A stretch of DNA of 64,000 nucleotides from a candidate division WWE3 bacterium (GTDB lineage Bacteria; Patescibacteriota; 4484-211; GCA-002791395). Of the stretch, positions 9,911-20,600 are shown piece by piece. The translations under genes were made by a program, and so were the position numbers. The notes below the pieces were generated by a model, which searched no databases, had not been told where the DNA came from, and saw only the letters and a program-made list of their open reading frames with translations. The stretch spans positions 261-64,260 of the forward strand of contig JAAXWF010000002.1 in NCBI GenBank assembly GCA_013335095.1. Direction: 5' to 3'. Position 1 is the first letter of the stretch; the number at the start of each line of letters is the position of its first letter.

Positions 9911-10655
9911 CAGTCTTTTCGACCTCAGTTACATTCCCAGCTAAATCTTCAGCTTTAATTTTTAAGTGATTTTCACCAGGTTGTACCGAATAAAAATATG
10001 AAAAGCTACCATCGTTTTGTACTATTGCTCGTGAATCATTGATCGTAATAGTACTAGACGGATCAGTAGTACCCTTTACCTCAACCTTAGATTCTGAATT
10101 TGGGTCGCTGACAGATACATCTAACTTAGGTTTTTCATTATCAACTACGATAGTTTGTTTTTCGCTTGGTTGGCTTAGTTGACCACCGATATCAGCAGTA
10201 CCATAAATAACATTTTGTCCTGATACAAGTGTTATTCCGGTTGCCTCAAAACGTCCATTCTTATCACTTAATAAGGTTGCAACTACTTCATCGTTACGAT
10301 AGAGCTTAACCTCGACACCTTCCTGAGCCCATCCTCTAATATCAATAGATGTTTCCTTTAGATTCATCGGGATTGGATCAATACGGGGAGGAATTATAGG
10401 TTGACCCGAAGTTTGTGTCGTGTCATCTACGATTGTTTGATCATTGGTATTGGTGTAACTTAAAAATCCACCGAGAGCACCAACGATATCAACTCCCCAG
10501 AAATATAGGCCAACCGCCAATAATACAATCACAATCAACGTTCCATACACCCGACGGTACATAAGCTGTTCTTCTTCATGCAATGATGTATCGGGTCGAT
10601 AATTATAAGAAACTCGAGTGCCTTTAACCGGTGTTCTTTTAAATTGTTTACTCAT
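9873..10655 (-). CDS. Membrane-anchored protein with Ig-like/beta-sandwich domains
   Basis: 260 aa with an N-terminal cytoplasmic segment, one TM helix and an extracellular beta-rich region. The C-terminus is Pro/Ser-rich. Confidence 0.5.
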   Translation of the reverse strand: MSKQFKRTPVKGTRVSYNYRPDTSLHEEEQLMYRRVYGTLIVIVLLAVGLYFWGVDIVGALGGFLSYTNTNDQTIVDDTTQTSGQPIIPPRIDPIPMNLKETSIDIRGWAQEGVEVKLYRNDEVVATLLSDKNGRFEATGITLVSGQNVIYGTADIGGQLSQPSEKQTIVVDNEKPKLDVSVSDPNSESKVEVKGTTDPSSTITINDSRAIVQNDGSFSYFYSVQPGENHLKIKAEDLAGNVTEVEKTVNFSPSPTPASE

Positions 10656-10723
10656 ACATGTATCTTACTGGATATTTTCATATTGTACTCTATTGAAGAT
10701 AAATACCAAAATCAGCGCTATCC

Positions 10724-10799
10724 TGGAGCCCACTGTCGGGATTGAACCGACGACCTGCGGTTTACGATACCGCCGCTCTACCAGCTGAGCTAAGTGGGC
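10724..10799 (-). tRNA. tRNA-Thr (anticodon CGU)
   Basis: Minus-strand read GCCCACTTAGCTCAGCTGGTAGAGCGGCGGTATCGTAAACCGCAGGTCGTCGGTTCAATCCCGACAGTGGGCTCCA. Anticodon loop AUCGUAA. CCA encoded. Confidence 0.85.
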
Positions 10800-10898
10800 A
10801 ACAATAATACTCTAGAGGTAAATGGGGAGTACCCATCACAAACACCATTATTAACAGATTGAGGTTCTGTTGTTTCTTCATTTCATTGCCTTTCGTAA

Positions 10899-10974
10899 TG
10901 GAGCGGCGGACCGGACTCGAACCGGCGACCTTCTGCTTGGGAAGCAGATGTTCAACCAGCTAAACTACCACCGC
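10899..10974 (-). tRNA. tRNA-Gly (anticodon CCC)
   Basis: Minus-strand read GCGGTGGTAGTTTAGCTGGTTGAACATCTGCTTCCCAAGCAGAAGGTCGCCGGTTCGAGTCCGGTCCGCCGCTCCA. Anticodon loop UUCCCAA. CCA encoded. Confidence 0.85.
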
Positions 10975-11127
10975 ACGAAGGCAACGAAATTATAGCATTC
11001 GTAACGTGCTTTATCTCCCCACCTCTTTGCACCTCTATAAATACTCGCAAACTCTTAACTGTAATACTAATGCGCATACTGTAGGTTGTACAACGAAATC
11101 GATTCTACAAATACATCACATTACTAT

Positions 11128-11919
11128 TTATTTTGTCACGTTTGGTATCACCAATACATTTCCACTATGAATAAGTGGATATTGGGATCCATTTGGACCA
11201 GTACGGTATGACAAATGGTTCTCCGTAGCATTAAATATGTCATGCCATCGATTACCATCACCATAGAGCTTCTGAGCGATACTCCATAGAGTATCTCCAC
11301 GCTGAACCGTATATGTTTCAGTTGTTCCAACTGCAGTCGACGGCGTTTCTACGTTTGAACCATTAGTAATTGTGTTCTCTTGGTTACTTGTAGTTGGTGT
11401 CGGAGTCAATTCAGGCTGACTGACAACGGTAGTTGGGGTTGCTGTTGGCTCAGTTACCGCAACGTCATTGTTGGTACCAATATTTGGAATCGTTAATGTT
11501 TCGCCGACTTTTAATTGTGAACTGTCTGAAATATTGTTTGCTTTGGCAATCTCTTTCCATAAAAAGCCATCATTAAGCCTCTTTTCAGCAATACTCCACA
11601 GAGTATCACCCTGTTGAACAATATACTGATTTGCCTCAGTAGACTCTGTTGGTGTATTGGTAATACTGACCTCTGGAGTAGTCTGATTAGCTGAAGTAAT
11701 TGTTGGAGTCTTATTTGTAGCTTGTTGATTCTGATTATTTTGTGCACCATTATTTGAACCAGCGTCTGACTGGAAAAAATTGTATGCAAGAAAAGCCGCC
11801 AGAACGAGTAATATTCCAATAAATATACTCGTCATGCGAGATCGGTCTGATACGGCTGCATCAGTTTGACTTGGCTGATTTTGGGTAGTTACTTCTTCAT
11901 TCATTCCCTTGAAAATCAC
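11128..11919 (-). CDS. LysM-domain peptidoglycan-binding protein (two LysM repeats, N-terminal TM anchor)
   Basis: Two LysM cores: YIVQQGDTLWSIAEKRL...LKVGETLTIP and YTVQRGDTLWSIAQKLYGDGNRW...GNVLVIP. A hydrophobic anchor spans residues about 31-48. The linker is Thr/Asn/Gln-rich. Confidence 0.7.
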   Translation of the reverse strand: MIFKGMNEEVTTQNQPSQTDAAVSDRSRMTSIFIGILLVLAAFLAYNFFQSDAGSNNGAQNNQNQQATNKTPTITSANQTTPEVSITNTPTESTEANQYIVQQGDTLWSIAEKRLNDGFLWKEIAKANNISDSSQLKVGETLTIPNIGTNNDVAVTEPTATPTTVVSQPELTPTPTTSNQENTITNGSNVETPSTAVGTTETYTVQRGDTLWSIAQKLYGDGNRWHDIFNATENHLSYRTGPNGSQYPLIHSGNVLVIPNVTK

Positions 11920-11989
11920 CCCCTCTGGGCAGCAGGATGCAGATAAAAAGTATCTCCCTCGTAATGAATTGTCGGAATACCGAGTGGAG

Positions 11990-12066
11990 TGGCGGGGCCG
12001 ACGGGACTCGAACCCGCGACCTCTTCCGTGACAGAGAAGCGCTCTAACCGACTGAGCTACGGCCCC
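11990..12066 (-). tRNA. tRNA-Asp (anticodon GUC)
   Basis: Minus-strand read GGGGCCGTAGCTCAGTCGGTTAGAGCGCTTCTCTGTCACGGAAGAGGTCGCGGGTTCGAGTCCCGTCGGCCCCGCCA. Anticodon loop CUGUCAC. CCA encoded. Confidence 0.85.
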
Positions 12067-12357
12067 ACATACCTCTTTTTTGTCTTCAAATAAAGAAAAA
12101 ATTCTTTATAAGAGTAGTTGCGATACTATCAAAGACTTGCGTGTAAGTCAACGAAATGCTACGATTTTTACAATTAAACAGCGCATTATAAACAGCACTT
12201 AAAAGCGGTAAAAATTGCATTAATAATCGTGTTTTAATCATGAAATTTTTTTTCATACAGGTATCCTACCAAAAGTTAACTAGTCATCCTTTTTTTCATA
12301 AATTAGCACAAACTATACCGAATAAGATAAAATACTCATTAAAGGAGGTGATGTAAA

Positions 12358-12906
12358 TTGCCATATATTATAGGAATACTCGTACTTGCGCTCGTATTTG
12401 TGTGGTTTATCTATAACCAATTAGTAACAGCACGTGCACGTGTAGACGAAAGCTGGTCAGGAATAGACGTGCAACTAAAACGTCGTTCAAGCCTTATACC
12501 TAATTTGGTAGAGACAGTAAAAGGGTATGCGACTCACGAACAAGATGTATTCGAGAATGTCACAAAGGCAAGAGCCCAATTAATGAATGCTCAGTCACCT
12601 AAAGAAAAGGCTGAAGCGGATAATGTGTTGACAGGAGCTTTAAAAACAGTATTTGCCGTTGCTGAAAACTATCCTGAATTGAAAGCCTCACAAAACTTCC
12701 AGCAATTACAGACTGATTTAACCGATACAGAGGATAAAATCTCTTATGCACGTCAATTCTATAACCAAAATGTTATGGATTACAACGTAAAAACAGAGAT
12801 GTTTCCGCACGTCGTCATTGCGAATTTGTTTGGATTTAAAGCACGAGAATTCTTTAAAGCTGAAGAAGAAGCAAAACAGGATGTCAAAGTTGATTTTAGT
12901 AAGTAA
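12358..12906 (+). CDS. lemA: LemA family protein
   Basis: N-terminal TM helix, then [43 protein letters not shown], the LemA signature. An AGGAGG RBS is present. TTG start. Confidence 0.8.
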   Translation: MPYIIGILVLALVFVWFIYNQLVTARARVDESWSGIDVQLKRRSSLIPNLVETVKGYATHEQDVFENVTKARAQLMNAQSPKEKAEADNVLTGALKTVFAVAENYPELKASQNFQQLQTDLTDTEDKISYARQFYNQNVMDYNVKTEMFPHVVIANLFGFKAREFFKAEEEAKQDVKVDFSK

Positions 12907-12996
12907 CCTGATACACGTCGAATAAAAGCGATCCTTATTGGTAACTGGGTCGCTTTTTTCGATTGTAGACATTCGTGATAAGATAGTTTTAATCGC

Positions 12997-13281
12997 ATGG
13001 CTGTAGATATCGAAAAGGTCGCAAAATTAGCGCATTTACCGTTAACGGACACAGAGAAGGAGATGTTCTCCGGCCAGTTATCTCAAATAATCACATTTAT
13101 TGAAAAATTAAATACGCTCAATCTTGAACAGGTAGAACCGACATTCCAAGTGACAGGAAAGATAAATGCATCAAGAATTGATATGGTTGGTCAACCGCTG
13201 TCAGCCGAAGAGGCTACACAAAACGCACCAAACCTTCAGGATTCGTATATTGTTACCAAAGGGGTATTCGAAAATGAATAA
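12997..13281 (+). CDS. gatC: Asp-tRNA(Asn)/Glu-tRNA(Gln) amidotransferase subunit C
   Basis: 94 aa with VAKLAHLPLTDTEKEMFSGQLSQIITFIEKLNTLNL, which is GatC-like. It lies immediately upstream of gatA and overlaps it by 8 nt. Confidence 0.8.
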   Translation: MAVDIEKVAKLAHLPLTDTEKEMFSGQLSQIITFIEKLNTLNLEQVEPTFQVTGKINASRIDMVGQPLSAEEATQNAPNLQDSYIVTKGVFENE

Positions 13282-14677
13282 ATTATTAACAATTCAGGAA
13301 ATAAAAAAGTTGTATGAACAAAACCAGATTTCTAGTAAAGAACTACGGCAAGAATATCTTAACCGGATTAACGCATACGACCAATCGATTAATGCTTTTG
13401 TAACCATAGTTGAATCAGATGACTCAGACGAACATCAGCTCATCCCAATAGCACACAAGGATATCTACTCGACAAAAGGTATCGAAACAACAGCTGCTTC
13501 AAGCATTCTAAAAGATTACATACCACCCTATGATGCAACCAGTGTCACACGTCTTGCTCAAAAAGGATTCTCGACGATCGGGAAGGTAAATTGTGATGCA
13601 TTTGCTCATGGCGCAACCGGAGAAAACTCTGATCTAATGATTACAAAAAATCCGTACCAGCTTACACGGACACCTGGCGGGTCTTCGAGCGGGTCTGCGG
13701 CAGCTGTTGCTGCAGGATTTGCGCCAGTAGCAACGGCAACAGATACGGGAGGAAGTATTCGCTTGCCAGCTTCATTTACTAATACAGTAGGACTAAAGCC
13801 GACTTACGGACGCGTATCGCGCTATGGCGTCATAGCAATGACATCTTCGACGGACTCAATCGGACACATCACCAGCACGGTCTGGGATAATGCCTATGTT
13901 TTGAACATCACTGCTGGACATGATCCCAACGATGCCACGAGCTCACAGCATCCTGTAGATGACTATCTTAAGCTGATTGACAAAGACATCACCGGCATTA
14001 AGATTGGGGTACCACAAGAATATGTTCAAGGATTAGATCCAATTATCAAAGAACGTTTTAATTCTGCATTAAAAGTATTAGAAAGCCTCGGCGCAATAAT
14101 CGATACAACCATCTCCCTCCCTCATACCGAATACGCAATTTATACCTATTACATCATTACACCGGCAGAAGTTAGTTCCAATCTGGCCAGACTTGATGGG
14201 ATTCGCTACGGACATGATCGCAGCCAATTTGGTGCAGAAGCAAAACGACGAATTATGATTGGTACATATTGCTTATCGAGTGGTTACTACGATGCGTATT
14301 ACCTTAAAGCACAAAAAGTACGTACGCTGATTATCGAGGATTTCAAAAACGCATTTGAAAAAGTCGATGTATTAGTCGCTCCCGTATCTCCAAGTTTTCC
14401 TCCGGAACTCGGATCGGTTATAAAAGACCCGGTCACTACATACATGATGGATGTTCTTACTGTACCGATTAACCTAGCGGGTGTACCTGCTCTTGCGGTA
14501 CCTGCAGGATTTTCCCAAAATCCAGTAAACGGAAAGCTTCCAGCCGATTCTCTCCCGTGCGGAATCCAATTTATTGGTAATTACTTTGATGAAAAGCAGC
14601 TGTATCAAGTGGGACATGCATTTGAACAATCAACAAACTATTATCTATATCGACCGACATTAACGGAGACAACATGA
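13274..14677 (+). CDS. gatA: Glu-tRNA(Gln) amidotransferase subunit A (amidase signature family)
   Basis: Amidase signature GGSSSGSAAAVAAG...TDTGGSIRLPA. Start taken as MNKLLTIQEIKKLYEQ at 13274. The ORF-track N-terminal extension from 13166 lies inside gatC. Confidence 0.9.
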   Translation: MNKLLTIQEIKKLYEQNQISSKELRQEYLNRINAYDQSINAFVTIVESDDSDEHQLIPIAHKDIYSTKGIETTAASSILKDYIPPYDATSVTRLAQKGFSTIGKVNCDAFAHGATGENSDLMITKNPYQLTRTPGGSSSGSAAAVAAGFAPVATATDTGGSIRLPASFTNTVGLKPTYGRVSRYGVIAMTSSTDSIGHITSTVWDNAYVLNITAGHDPNDATSSQHPVDDYLKLIDKDITGIKIGVPQEYVQGLDPIIKERFNSALKVLESLGAIIDTTISLPHTEYAIYTYYIITPAEVSSNLARLDGIRYGHDRSQFGAEAKRRIMIGTYCLSSGYYDAYYLKAQKVRTLIIEDFKNAFEKVDVLVAPVSPSFPPELGSVIKDPVTTYMMDVLTVPINLAGVPALAVPAGFSQNPVNGKLPADSLPCGIQFIGNYFDEKQLYQVGHAFEQSTNYYLYRPTLTETT

Positions 14678-15972
14678 ACGACTATACACCAGTAATTGGA
14701 CTCGAAATCCATCTACAACTTAAAACAAAAAGTAAAATGTTTAGTGCCGCCCCCAATCAGCAGTGGCAAGCTCAACCGAATTCAATGGTAAACCCAGTTG
14801 AGCTTGGTTTGCCGGGAGCGTTACCGGTGCCGAATGAGACTGCAATTACATGGACTCAGCGATTTGGTTTGGCGCTAGGATGCTCCCTTAATAAGATTAG
14901 TAAATTCGATCGCAAAAATTATTTTTATCCTGATCTACCAAAAGGCTACCAAATTTCTCAGTACGATCAGCCTTTTTGTTACGAAGGCAATCTAGAGATT
15001 ACCGAATCAGTTGATAAACCGAAGAACATACGGATACGACGTATTCATCTTGAAGAAGACACCGGAAAATCACATCACAAAAATGGTTCAACGTATCTAG
15101 ATTTTAACAAGGCCGGAACACCATTAGTCGAAATAGTCACAGAACCTGATTTTGCAAATGCCGAAGAAACCTCTGAATTTGCTAAGATTATCCAACATGT
15201 AGCACGAATTTTGGATATTAGTGATGCCGATATGGAAAAAGGACATTTGCGATTAGAAGCGAATATTTCGGTTAAAAAGCCTGGTGAAATAGAACTACCA
15301 AACTATCGGGTTGAAGTAAAAAATATAAACAGCTTTAAGTTCCTACGTGATGCGATAAACCATGAAATCCAACGCCAAAAACAAATGCACGAGGAAGGCA
15401 AAATAATCCCACAGCAAACACGTGGCTGGAACGAATTAAAAGGTATTACAGTAGTACAAAGAGATAAAGAGGATGCCCATGATTATCGATATTTTCCCGA
15501 ACCAGATATCCCGCCGTTTGTTTTTACCGATGACGAAATAAATCAGCTTAGAGGCGGTATCCCTCTAATGCCTTGGGATATTAAAAAGGATCTGCAAAGT
15601 GGTGGCATTCGCGAAGATTTTGCCCACATAATCGCATACGATCAGCAAAAGATGTCGTGGTGGGGTACACATAATGGTGATTTATCCGATAAAAATAAGA
15701 TCGCTTCTATTATTGTTAATGCCAAAGAAACCGAGGAAGTTATCCAAAAAATCAATGATCTGAAAGCTGCGTCAACCAGACAAATGCTGTCTGATACAGA
15801 ATTAGAACGACTTATTCAAAAGGTACTTACAGAAAATCCTAAAGCGGTGCAAGATATAAAGGATGGGAAAGAAAATGCAAAGAAATTCCTAGTTGGCCAA
15901 GTAATGAAGGCCTCTAAAGGTTCAGCAGACCCAAGTAGTGCCCAGCAAATTCTTGATACGCTTACCCAATAA
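14674..15972 (+). CDS. gatB: Glu-tRNA(Gln) amidotransferase subunit B
   Basis: MNDYTPVIGLEIHLQLKTKSKMF...GLPGALP...HLEEDTGKS, the classic GatB N-terminal region. ATGA overlap with gatA. Confidence 0.9.
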   Translation: MNDYTPVIGLEIHLQLKTKSKMFSAAPNQQWQAQPNSMVNPVELGLPGALPVPNETAITWTQRFGLALGCSLNKISKFDRKNYFYPDLPKGYQISQYDQPFCYEGNLEITESVDKPKNIRIRRIHLEEDTGKSHHKNGSTYLDFNKAGTPLVEIVTEPDFANAEETSEFAKIIQHVARILDISDADMEKGHLRLEANISVKKPGEIELPNYRVEVKNINSFKFLRDAINHEIQRQKQMHEEGKIIPQQTRGWNELKGITVVQRDKEDAHDYRYFPEPDIPPFVFTDDEINQLRGGIPLMPWDIKKDLQSGGIREDFAHIIAYDQQKMSWWGTHNGDLSDKNKIASIIVNAKETEEVIQKINDLKAASTRQMLSDTELERLIQKVLTENPKAVQDIKDGKENAKKFLVGQVMKASKGSADPSSAQQILDTLTQ

Positions 15973-16046
15973 TAACCCCACGAACACATGCTATAATCTC
16001 TTTACATCACACAGGTGGTGAGGATGTCAGTTAAAGGAGCCGCCGA

Positions 16047-17495
16047 ATGTCATCTCAACCCGTGGCCACGATGGACGACCTGATAGGTCCGACCTTATCG
16101 ATCTACCCCCAGCCAGTTCTTGAAAGTGCGAAACCCGTAATCTGGGTCTGGCAAATGATTACGAGAGGGGGTAATAAGGGAGTTCCTGGAGATTCTCTGA
16201 AAGATGAGATCAAGCTACTTTTTCCCGACCTTCATGAGGATGAAGGGGAAAATAGTGCGTTCGCCATTTTTGCCGAGTTACGGAATCTAACTGTCGTTCG
16301 GGCAGAACGTGCAATGGAGGGGGTCGGGGCATGGCAATATTACGCCATTGTTCCCTATGATGAAAACCATCCTGCTCTACGTGGGCATCTGAACAAACTC
16401 CTGGTCAGATACTTCGTCGAAACGATGATAAGATCAGGGACGCAACGAAGTGATCAACTTCGCATTGGGATCGAGAAACGCTTGGCCGAGATCCACATCA
16501 CCGTCGAGCGCAAATGGCTCGACAGCGTTTTTGGTGGTGCTCTCAGGTATCTCAAAAATCGCGGCGTAATCGCCCGATCGGCCGAATCAACGGCTAAAGT
16601 TTCGGCATGGGAAATGCGCCGAACGGAAGAGGCACCCGAGGATGAGTTGGGGACTGATGATGGTCCTGGAACCTCAAGCCCTACACCGATCGACACATTG
16701 ACCGCATTGCTGTTGTCCAAACCATCTCATAGTGGGGCAACAATCAATGAATGTCGCGCAAAGGTTATCAGCGTACACCGAGATCAGTTTACAACGGCTG
16801 ATGAGGTGACGGCATGGTTACTTCAGGTACTGCAGACCGACACGAACATCGTGTTGTATCCGCCTACAATCGACAGTTACTTCGAAGGCTGTCAGCTGGT
16901 ATATCATGCTACTCGACTGCCACAATCAATTGAAGGGTTTAATCAGACCCTCAATCGGGCAATCAGTGCGATTTCGGATCTTATCGAAATACGCGCGGTC
17001 TGTACTCTGGCTGAGGTAACTCAGTTCATTGAATCGCCAAGTGGGCGTATGCTGATACCTGGAATCCTCTACAATGAGGTCCGTGATCGGATGAGACCGA
17101 AGTTCATGCGGGCGTACATTTTGCTGATCCTGGATCGTATTGTCGCATCAGGGTTAGCCTGGATAGATAACGACGGCCCAGAGACAAAATACGTCACGCA
17201 ACTCAGATCGAGCACAGCGGCGAGCGAACCGGCTGAAGCACCACGGCCTCCGGTTTTAGATGATGCTCTGGTAAATTCGGATCACCAGAGCGCATTTACC
17301 TGGCCGGTTGCTCAACCCAGTAGTCCATCGGTATCAGCCGCAAAGACAGATACGATCGCTTCACAGATCTCGGAAATCCTGCTCAGCGGGGTTGAGCAGG
17401 TCAGTGCCGTGATACCGGGCCTACCGAGTCCAGTAGTGATTCCGGTTAATCCAAAGACTCAGCGAGTAATGATCATCGTGATCGCGACTGAGTAA
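16047..17495 (+). CDS. Hypothetical soluble protein (GC-elevated)
   Basis: 482-aa ORF with an AAAGGAG RBS. It has no TM segment and no recognisable motif. GC is about 50%, against about 40% in the flanking gat and dnaE genes. A hairpin follows at 17504-17530. Confidence 0.5.
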   Translation: MSSQPVATMDDLIGPTLSIYPQPVLESAKPVIWVWQMITRGGNKGVPGDSLKDEIKLLFPDLHEDEGENSAFAIFAELRNLTVVRAERAMEGVGAWQYYAIVPYDENHPALRGHLNKLLVRYFVETMIRSGTQRSDQLRIGIEKRLAEIHITVERKWLDSVFGGALRYLKNRGVIARSAESTAKVSAWEMRRTEEAPEDELGTDDGPGTSSPTPIDTLTALLLSKPSHSGATINECRAKVISVHRDQFTTADEVTAWLLQVLQTDTNIVLYPPTIDSYFEGCQLVYHATRLPQSIEGFNQTLNRAISAISDLIEIRAVCTLAEVTQFIESPSGRMLIPGILYNEVRDRMRPKFMRAYILLILDRIVASGLAWIDNDGPETKYVTQLRSSTAASEPAEAPRPPVLDDALVNSDHQSAFTWPVAQPSSPSVSAAKTDTIASQISEILLSGVEQVSAVIPGLPSPVVIPVNPKTQRVMIIVIATE

Positions 17496-17660
17496 AATAC
17501 GCCGGGGGAGTTAAAGCTCCTCCGGCATTATCTAAATTAGTGGTAAAAACGACACCTCCCATCGCAACAAGTCCGATCAGGCATAGTAAGGTTTAGGTTT
17601 ATGCAACAATAAATTTACCTTTACAATAAACAATTATCTTATGTTACATTGATCATTGAT

Positions 17661-20600
17661 ATGTCATTCGTCCATCTCCATAATCATAGTGAATATTCTC
17701 TTCTTGATGGATTAAGCAATGTCAAAGATTTAGTAGCCCGAGCCGTTGAACTAGGCCAACCGGCAATAGCGTTAACAGATCATGGCGCAATGCATGGAAT
17801 TATAAAGTTTTATGTTGCGGCTAAAAAAGCGGGTATAAAACCGATCCTTGGTATGGAGGGTTATCTTGCCCCACGCACACTCCATGATAAAGAAGGAGCA
17901 ATCGATACGAGCCCGGCACACATATTACTTTTAGCCCAGAACCTTCAGGGTTACCGAAACCTAATGCAGCTTTGTACTATCGCCAACGTTGAAGGGTTTT
18001 ATTACAAACCCCGTATAGATAAACAGGTACTCCGAAAATATGCCGAAGGGATAATAACCTCATCTGGATGTATTGACGGGGAAATACCTCGGGCACTCTT
18101 GCAAGGTAACTATACGCGAGCACAAGAGCTTGTTCGAGAATATCTCGATATTTTTGGACCAGAAAACTTCTTTTTTGAGCTCCAACGTCACCAAACTGAA
18201 AACCCTGGAAGATTATTTGAAATGTTGGAAAAAGTAAATCTTGGGATTGTAAAACTGGCCCATGAATTTAAGCTCCCGCTTGTGGCAACAAATGATGTCC
18301 ACTATGTTCGACGGGACGATGCAGAAGCTCAAGATGCACTTCTTGCCGTGCAAACGAAAGAGATGCTCGGCGACCCAAATCGTAAGTTATCTATGGCCGA
18401 TTCTCCTGACTTTTATCTAAAAAGTACCGATGAGATGCAGATGCTCTTTAAGGAACACCCCGAAGCACTCGAAAATACCCTCATGATTACTGATAGAATA
18501 ACCGACGATTATGAATTACCAATGGGTAAGATGATCTTCCCGTATTTTGAAGTACCCGAAGGGATGACCCCAGATAGCTACTTACGAAAACTTGCTTACG
18601 ATAACCTCCCAAACAAGTATCCCAATCCGGATGAGGTAGTTATAGAAAGAATTGAAAAAGAACTTAAAATTATCTCTGATAAAGGATACAGCTCATATAT
18701 TCTCATCATGGGTGATCTCGCCGACTTCTGTAAAGGCGCAGACATTCTTACAAATGCGCGAGGATCTGCAGCCGGCTCTGTCGTTCAATATCTTTTAGAT
18801 ATCGTACATGTTGATCCTCTCAAATATAAATTACCATTCGAACGATTCTTAAATCCACGCCGTCCGACTCCACCTGATGTCGATCTAGATATTGCAGATA
18901 TCGGTAGAGACAAAGTTATTCAGTACACCGCGCAAAAATATGGGCAAGATAAGGTTGCCCAGGTGTGCACATTCGGAACAATGGAAGCCCGAGCAGCGGT
19001 CCGCGATGTGGGAAGAGTGATGGGTATGCCGTATACCTTTTGTGACAAAATCGCTAAACTGATCCCCCCACCAAAGCAAGGCCATCACACAAAGCTTGAA
19101 GACGATATGAAGCTCGTCCCGGAGTTGCAGGAACTGTATAGCTCAAATCCCGAGGTGAAAAAGCTCCTTGATTTAGTTATGAAGCTGCAGGGCGTAACAC
19201 GTCATGCCAGTACTCACGCCGCCGCGGTGATCATAGCAGACAAACCACTCACAGACTACGTACCCCTAATGCAGGATCGCAAGGGCGGACGACTAATGAC
19301 CCAATATGACATGTATAGCCTTGATCTGAATGCGGTTGATGATGCGGTTGGGTTACTCAAGATGGATTATCTTGGTCTTCGCAACCTAAGTATCTTAAGC
19401 GAGGCAATTAAGCTTGTAGAAAAATATCATGGAATCAAGATCGACCCGTATACAATCCCGCTCGATGAGGAGATTGTGTATAAGATGCTGGGAGAAGGCG
19501 ATACAACAGGAGTATTTCAAATGGAAAGCTCTGGAATGAGGCAAGTTGCCCGTGACATGAAACCAAACCGAGTCGAAGATCTAATTGCTTTGGTAGCGCT
19601 TTATCGACCAGGCCCCATGGATATGATACCGACGTATATCGAAGGCAAAAAAAATCCGGCAACAATTGAATATCCTCACCCTGCACTTCAGCAAGTTTTA
19701 GCAGATACTTACGGCGTGTTGGTCTATCAGGAGCAATGTATGGAAATCGCCGTGGTAATGGCTGGATACGACCTTGGGCAAGGAGATTTATTGCGTCGCG
19801 CTATCGGTAAAAAGAAAAAGGAATTAATGGAACAAGAAAAAATTAAATTTGTTGAAGCGGCACAGCAGCAAGGATATCCGCCCCATGAATCCGAAGAAGT
19901 ATTCGGATATATTGAGAAATTTGCATCATATGGCTTTAACCGAGCCCACGCCGCAAGTTATGGATTGCTCGCATATCAGACGGCATACATGAAAGCGATC
20001 TATCCGGTTGAATACTTTACTGCTTTAATGAGCTGCGAAAGTCATAACACCGAAAAGATAGCTCTAATCGTTGCTGAATGTAAACGAAAAGGGATACCGA
20101 TACTTCCGCCCGATATAAATAAGTCAAGCACCGAATTTACCATTGAGGAACTTCCTGAGGGTACGCGCGGTATCAGGTATGCATTAAATGCGATAAAAAA
20201 TGTTGGTGATGGTGCAGTTGAAGAGATTGTGAAAGAAAGAGACCATAATGGACCATTTTCTGATTTATGGGATTTATGCAGAAGAGTCGATTCCCATGCG
20301 ATGAATCGTAAAACATTGGAAAGTTTTATATATGCAGGTGCTCTAAATAAGTTTGGTCCACGATCAGGCATACTTAAAGTCATGCCTGAATACTTAGAAG
20401 CGGCCAATGAACATCAACGAATGATACGGATTGGCCAAAATAACCTCTTTGGCTTAGATCCGAATGTTTCATCAGCTCCACCCGTTTCTCGAATACCTAA
20501 CTTTGAAGAAATTAATGAACAGCAAATTCTACAATGGGAAAAGGAAATACTGGGCTTTTATTTAACAAAACATCCCCATGAAGAAAAGCTTACAAAAATT

